From assembly GCA_030141605.1 (NCBI GenBank), contig JAQGDQ010002203.1, positions 1 through 9,253 on the forward strand: a stretch of DNA of 9,253 nucleotides, in the 5' to 3' direction. A program made the position numbers and the translations under genes. The notes under the pieces were generated by a model. The model worked only from the letters and a program-made list of their open reading frames with translations. It was not told the origin of the DNA and made no database searches. Origin of the DNA: Tubiluchus corallicola. Taxonomy: Eukaryota; Animalia; Priapulida. How positions within the stretch are numbered: the stretch's first letter is position 1; each line of letters opens with the position of its first letter. Positions 6,908 to 9,253 of this stretch are shown here, piece after piece.

Positions 6908-9253
6908 ACCAGACGCTCAAGTTTGGCTATGCATGTCTTGTGACAAGCTAATTGAGGCTATCTGTGTGTGTGTCTCTGTTAAGACGCTTAGCATTGCCGG
7001 TAGAAGTCTTCTGCCATATAGTTGAGAATAGCAGTACATTTCTTCTGTTCAGATGATTAGGACTGCTCTAGATGAGTTCTGACTAGATGTTTTAAATAGT
7101 TTTCCGAGCTTTAGAACCAGACGCTCAAGTTTGGCTATGCATGTCTTGTGACAAGCTAATTGAGGCTATCTGTGTGTGTGTCTCTGTTAAGACGCTTAGC
7201 ATTGCCGGTAAAAGTCTTTTGACGGGATACTTGAGATCGGCAATGCATTTCTGCAGATTTCTCCTGATCAGGTACACGAGATTGAGAATAAAACTGACAT
7301 TTCCAGAAGCTTAAGTTTGGCCATATATGTCCTCTGAGAAGCTGATTGAGGATATATGTGTATGTCTCTGTTAAGGCGCTTAGTATTGCCTGTAGAAGTC
7401 TTTTGATACTTAAGATTAGCGGAATATGTTTTCTGTCCAGATGTTTTAGACTGCTTTAGATAAGTTGTGATAGATGCTTTAATTCGTTTTCCTACTCTTA
7501 GAACCAGACGCTTAAGTTTGGCTACGCATGTCTTGGGTCAAGCTAATAGAGACTGCCTTGTGTTTGTCTCTGTTAAGATGCTTGATTTTGCCTGTAGAAC
7601 TGTCATTACCAGATGCTTACGTTTGGTCATATATGTCCTCTGAGAAGCTTATTGAGGATATCAGTGTATGTCTCTGTTAAGGCGCTTAGTATGGCCTGTA
7701 GAATCTTTTGATACTTGAGATTAGCGGAATATGTTTTCTGTCCAGATGTTTTAGACTGCTTTAGATAAGTTGTGATAGATGCTCTAATTCGTTTTCCTAC
7801 TCTTAGAACCAGACGCTTAAGTTTTGCTACGCATGTCTTGGGTCAAGCTAATTGAGACTGCCTTGTGTTTGTCTCTGTTAAGATGCTTGATTTTGCCTGT
7901 AGAACTGTCATTACCAGATGCTTACGTTTGGTCATATATGTCCTCTGAGAAGCTTATTGAGGATATCAGTGTATGTCTCTGTTAAGGCGCTTAGTATTGC
8001 CGGTAAAAGTCTTTTGATACTTGAGATTAGCCGAATATGTTTTCTGTCCAGATGTTTTAGACTGCTTTAGATAAGTTGTGATAGATGCTTTAATTCGTTT
8101 TCCTACTCTTAGAACCAGACGCTTAAGTTTGGCTATGCATGTCTTGGGTCAAGCTAATTGAGACTGCCTGTGTTTGTCTGTGTTAAGACGCTTGACTTTG
8201 CCGGTAGAACTGTCATTACCAGATGCTCAAGTTTGGCCTCATATGTCCTCTGACAAGCTGACTGAGGCTGTCTGTGTATGTCTCTGTTAAGACGCTTACT
8301 AATGCCTGTAGCACTTTTTTGTCAGATACTTGAGACTGGCAGTACATTTTTTGTATCCAGATGTTTTAGACTGCTTCAGATGAGTTGTGATAGATGCTTT
8401 AATTCGTTTTCCTACTCTTAGAACCAGACGCTTAAGTTTGGCTATGCATGTCTTGGGTCAAGCTAATTGAGACTGCATGTGTTTGTCTCTGTTAAGATGC
8501 TTGATTTTGCCTGTAGAGCTGTCATTACCAGATGCTCAAGTTTGGCCTCATATGTCCTCTGACAAGTTGACTGAGGCTGTCTGTGTATGTCTCTGTTAAG
8601 ACGCTTACTAATGCCTGTAGCACTCTTTTGCCTGATACTTGAGACCGGCAGTGCATTTCTGCAGATTTCTCCTGATCAGGTACATGAGAGTGAGAATAGA
8701 GCTGCTATTACCAGACGCTTACGTTTGGTCATATATGTCCTCTGAGAAGCTGATTGAGGATATCTGTGTATGTCTCTGTTAAGATGCTTGGCTTTCCCTG
8801 TAGCACTTTTTTGTCAGATACTTGAGACTGGCAGTACATTTTTTGTATCCAGATGTTTTAGACTGCTTCAGATGAGTTGTGATAGATGCTTTAATTCGTT
8901 TTCCTACTCTTAGAACCAGACGCTTAAGTTTGGCTATGCATGTCTTGGGTCAAGCTAATTGAGACTGCATGTGTTTGTCTCTGTTAAGATGCTTGATTTT
9001 GCCTGTAGAGCTGTCATTACCAGATGCTCAAGTTTGGCCTCATATGTCCTCTGACAAGTTGACTGAGGCTGTCTGTGTATGTCTCTGTTAAGACGCTTAC
9101 TAATGCCTGTAGCACTCTTTTGCCTGATACTTGAGACCGGCAGTGCATTTCTGCAGATTTCTCCTGATCAGGTACATGAGAGTGAGAATAGAGCTGCTAT
9201 TACCAGACGCTTACGTTTGGTCATATATGTCCTCTGAGAAGCTGATTGAGGAT
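6908..9253. repeat. Higher-order repeat copy 3 (partial, truncated by the window end)
   Basis: Monomer lengths 208-186-201-105-200-105-201-104-205-104-183-205-104-183, then partial. Diagnostic monomer at 7302. Twelve consecutive anchors lie exactly 4511 bp downstream of those in copy 1. Confidence 0.88.

Larger units (their letters stand above)
1..9253. repeat. Complex tandem satellite-like array of ~104/183-186/200-208 bp related monomers, filling the window and apparently running off both ends
   Basis: The anchor ACCAGAYGCTYAMGTTTKG (variant TCCAGAAGCTTAAG at 2791, 5599, 7302) starts at 8, 384, 649, 751, 955, 1152, 1256, 1439, 1816, 2192, 2397, 2605, 2791, 2992, 3097, 3297, 3402, 3603, 3707, 3912, 4016, 4199, 4403, 4507, 4712, 4816, 4999, 5205, 5413, 5599, 5800, 5905, 6106, 6210, 6415, 6519, 6702, 6908, 7116, 7302, 7503, 7608, 7808, 7913, 8114, 8218, 8423, 8527, 8710, 8915, 9019 and 9202. 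All copies are in the same orientation. A second conserved block, GTCTCTGTTAAG, follows about 60 bp downstream in nearly all copies. Confidence 0.97.

Noticed and set aside
1-9253. CRISPR array or a CRISPR-like repeat-spacer system
   Set aside because: The sequences between conserved motifs are themselves repeated, mutually related and 70-190 bp long rather than unique spacers. The anchor is degenerate, and there is no leader or cas gene in the window.
1-9253. Decayed repeat-protein gene (PPR 105 nt, TPR 102 nt, or LRR-like LKHL motifs on the minus strand)
   Set aside because: Many unit lengths (104, 200, 205, 206, 208; subunits of 34 and 35) are not multiples of three, and no long ORF exists in any frame. 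KHL is simply the translation of the reverse complement of AGATGCTT.
1-9253. Whole array as an assembly or concatemer artefact
   Set aside because: Copy-specific variants are shared between non-adjacent HOR copies in a consistent hierarchical way, which fits real evolution. Exact copy number and the noisier left part still need read support.

Overview
The whole 9253-bp window is one non-coding, head-to-tail, complex tandem repeat (satellite-like) array. I find no credible gene, RNA gene, transposon or CRISPR array. By eye I placed 52 copies of an anchor motif ACCAGAYGCTYAMGTTTKG, which define monomers in three length classes (~104-105, ~183-186 and ~200-208 bp). The monomers are built from a degenerate ~33-35 bp subunit (3 subunits in the 104 class, 6 in the 205 class) and consist of a small set of head and tail modules combined in different ways. 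From 2397 onward they form nearly identical, variable-length higher-order repeats (HORs of 2808 bp and 1703 bp, and a third partial copy), with a 4511-bp super-period supported by shared variants. The left ~2.4 kb is more scrambled and holds a 452-bp block duplicated at 1808-bp spacing, which carries a divergent, palindrome-rich ~160-bp segment found nowhere else in the array. I do not recognise the repeat family or the organism. A eukaryotic satellite (possibly pericentromeric, centromeric or subtelomeric) is an inference only. All coordinates were read manually.
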